From an uncultured Clostridia bacterium (GTDB taxonomy: Bacteria > Bacillota > Dehalobacteriia > UBA4068): DNA of 64,000 nt. The translations under genes were made by a program, and so were the position numbers. Shown in pieces: positions 63,418 through 64,000 of this stretch. The notes under the pieces are model-generated. The model was given only the letters and a program-made list of their open reading frames with translations, had not been told where the DNA came from and searched no databases. The first letter of the stretch is position 1. Each line of letters opens with the position of its first letter. The DNA is taken from positions 1,058 to 65,057 of the forward strand of contig CALYAP010000047.1 of the NCBI GenBank assembly GCA_944393575.1. Direction: 5' to 3'.

Positions 63418-64000
63418 CTATTTTAGACCTGGCTCAATAAAAGACGCCATCTCTGCTACGTTGATTTTATGTAAACGGCAATGGCCAATCCTTTCTGGTA
63501 CTACCAGGCTAATAATATCGCCACGCCTCTTTTTATCTGTTTGAATAACATCTACCAATCTAGCCAGCGAATAATCGCAACGGGTTGGCAAATGATTATT
63601 GGCCAATGCGGTCTCGATCATCTGCGGCACAGCAGAATCACAAATTCCAGTAGCAGCGGCTGCTTTAGCAATAATAACCATACCAATGGAAACCGCATGG
63701 CCATGCGCAACAGTATAGCTACTGCATTGTTCTATGGCATGACCAATAGTATGTCCTAAATTCAACAATTGCCGGCTACCTGTATCACGTTCATCATCAT
63801 GCACAAAATCGCCTTTTATCGCTACCGAACGGCGGATAATCTGGCCAAGATGTTCCCGAAAATCAGCACCAGATAATAGTTCGAACATTTGTGGATCCGC
63901 CAAAACACCATATTTGATAGCCTCGGCAGTACCATCAATAAATACATTCTCTGGCAAAGTAGCAAATGTTGCGGTATCGCATATCACTGCCATAGGCTGC
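63418..64000 (-). CDS. aroB: 3-dehydroquinate synthase. The 5' end lies beyond the window, only the C-terminal about 190 aa are present
   Basis: GHTIGHAIE and HGHAVSIGM metal-binding motifs. The open frame continues to the window edge. Confidence 0.85.
   Translation of the reverse strand, partial: QPMAVICDTATFATLPENVFIDGTAEAIKYGVLADPQMFELLSGADFREHLGQIIRRSVAIKGDFVHDDERDTGSRQLLNLGHTIGHAIEQCSSYTVAHGHAVSIGMVIIAKAAAATGICDSAVPQMIETALANNHLPTRCDYSLARLVDVIQTDKKRRGDIISLVVPERIGHCRLHKINVAEMASFIEPGLK

Noticed and set aside
1-64000. CRISPR arrays, rRNA genes, IS elements/transposases, integrases
   Set aside because: I saw no regularly spaced direct repeats of CRISPR type, no rRNA-like conserved stretches and no transposase or integrase-like ORFs. 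Terminal inverted repeats were looked for around the tRNA genes and the DUF5131 gene and not seen.

Overview
This 64-kb window looks like chromosomal DNA from a low-GC, endospore-forming Firmicute (Bacillus/Clostridia-like gene order and sporulation genes). It is mostly housekeeping genes, about 85% on the minus strand. Main blocks, in order:
(a) Cell-wall and repair genes: a D-Ala-D-Ala carboxypeptidase, xth, ksgA/rsmA, a yabE-like gene, tatD and metG.
(b) A Bacillus-type origin-proximal block, lysA-like decarboxylase-tmk-holB-yaaT-yabA-yabB-rsmI. The Bacillus genes yaaQ/yaaR, yazA and abrB are not found.
(c) An all-minus gene run holding two trypsin-like proteases, a HAD hydrolase, two HD-domain proteins, a KNTase-like nucleotidyltransferase and a WalJ-like MBL hydrolase.
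(d) A small HMA-domain protein, a ferredoxin, an M23 peptidase, tRNA-Gly, iorAB, crcB, and tRNA-Met plus tRNA-Glu.
(e) A tRNA-adjacent accessory patch: a YdcZ-like membrane protein, a highly acidic protein, a P-loop ATPase with two Walker-A-like motifs, and a lipoprotein.
(f) A complete de novo purine operon, purE-C-F-M-N-purO-purH(AICARFT only)-purD-purL(single chain)-guaB-purB, behind a strong sigma-A promoter and a roughly 330-nt structured leader.
(g) yabO, mazG, a lone phage Gp37/Gp68 (DUF5131) gene, spoVT and gatCAB.
(h) A ZIP metal transporter, a CotF-like protein, a DUF255 thioredoxin-domain protein and a large SLH-domain wall protein.
(i) bioY, then a shikimate operon, aroB(partial)-aroA-aroC-pheA-aroE/aroK fusion-aroQ.
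I found no CRISPR array, no rRNA and no clear transposon. I see no single dramatic novel system. The most interesting items are the unclassified structured purE leader, the split PurH/PurO arrangement, a crcB gene with no recognisable fluoride riboswitch, the acidic-protein/dual-P-loop-ATPase pair next to the tRNAs, and several candidate operator repeats. Coordinates of non-ORF features were read by eye and may be off by 1-3 nt.
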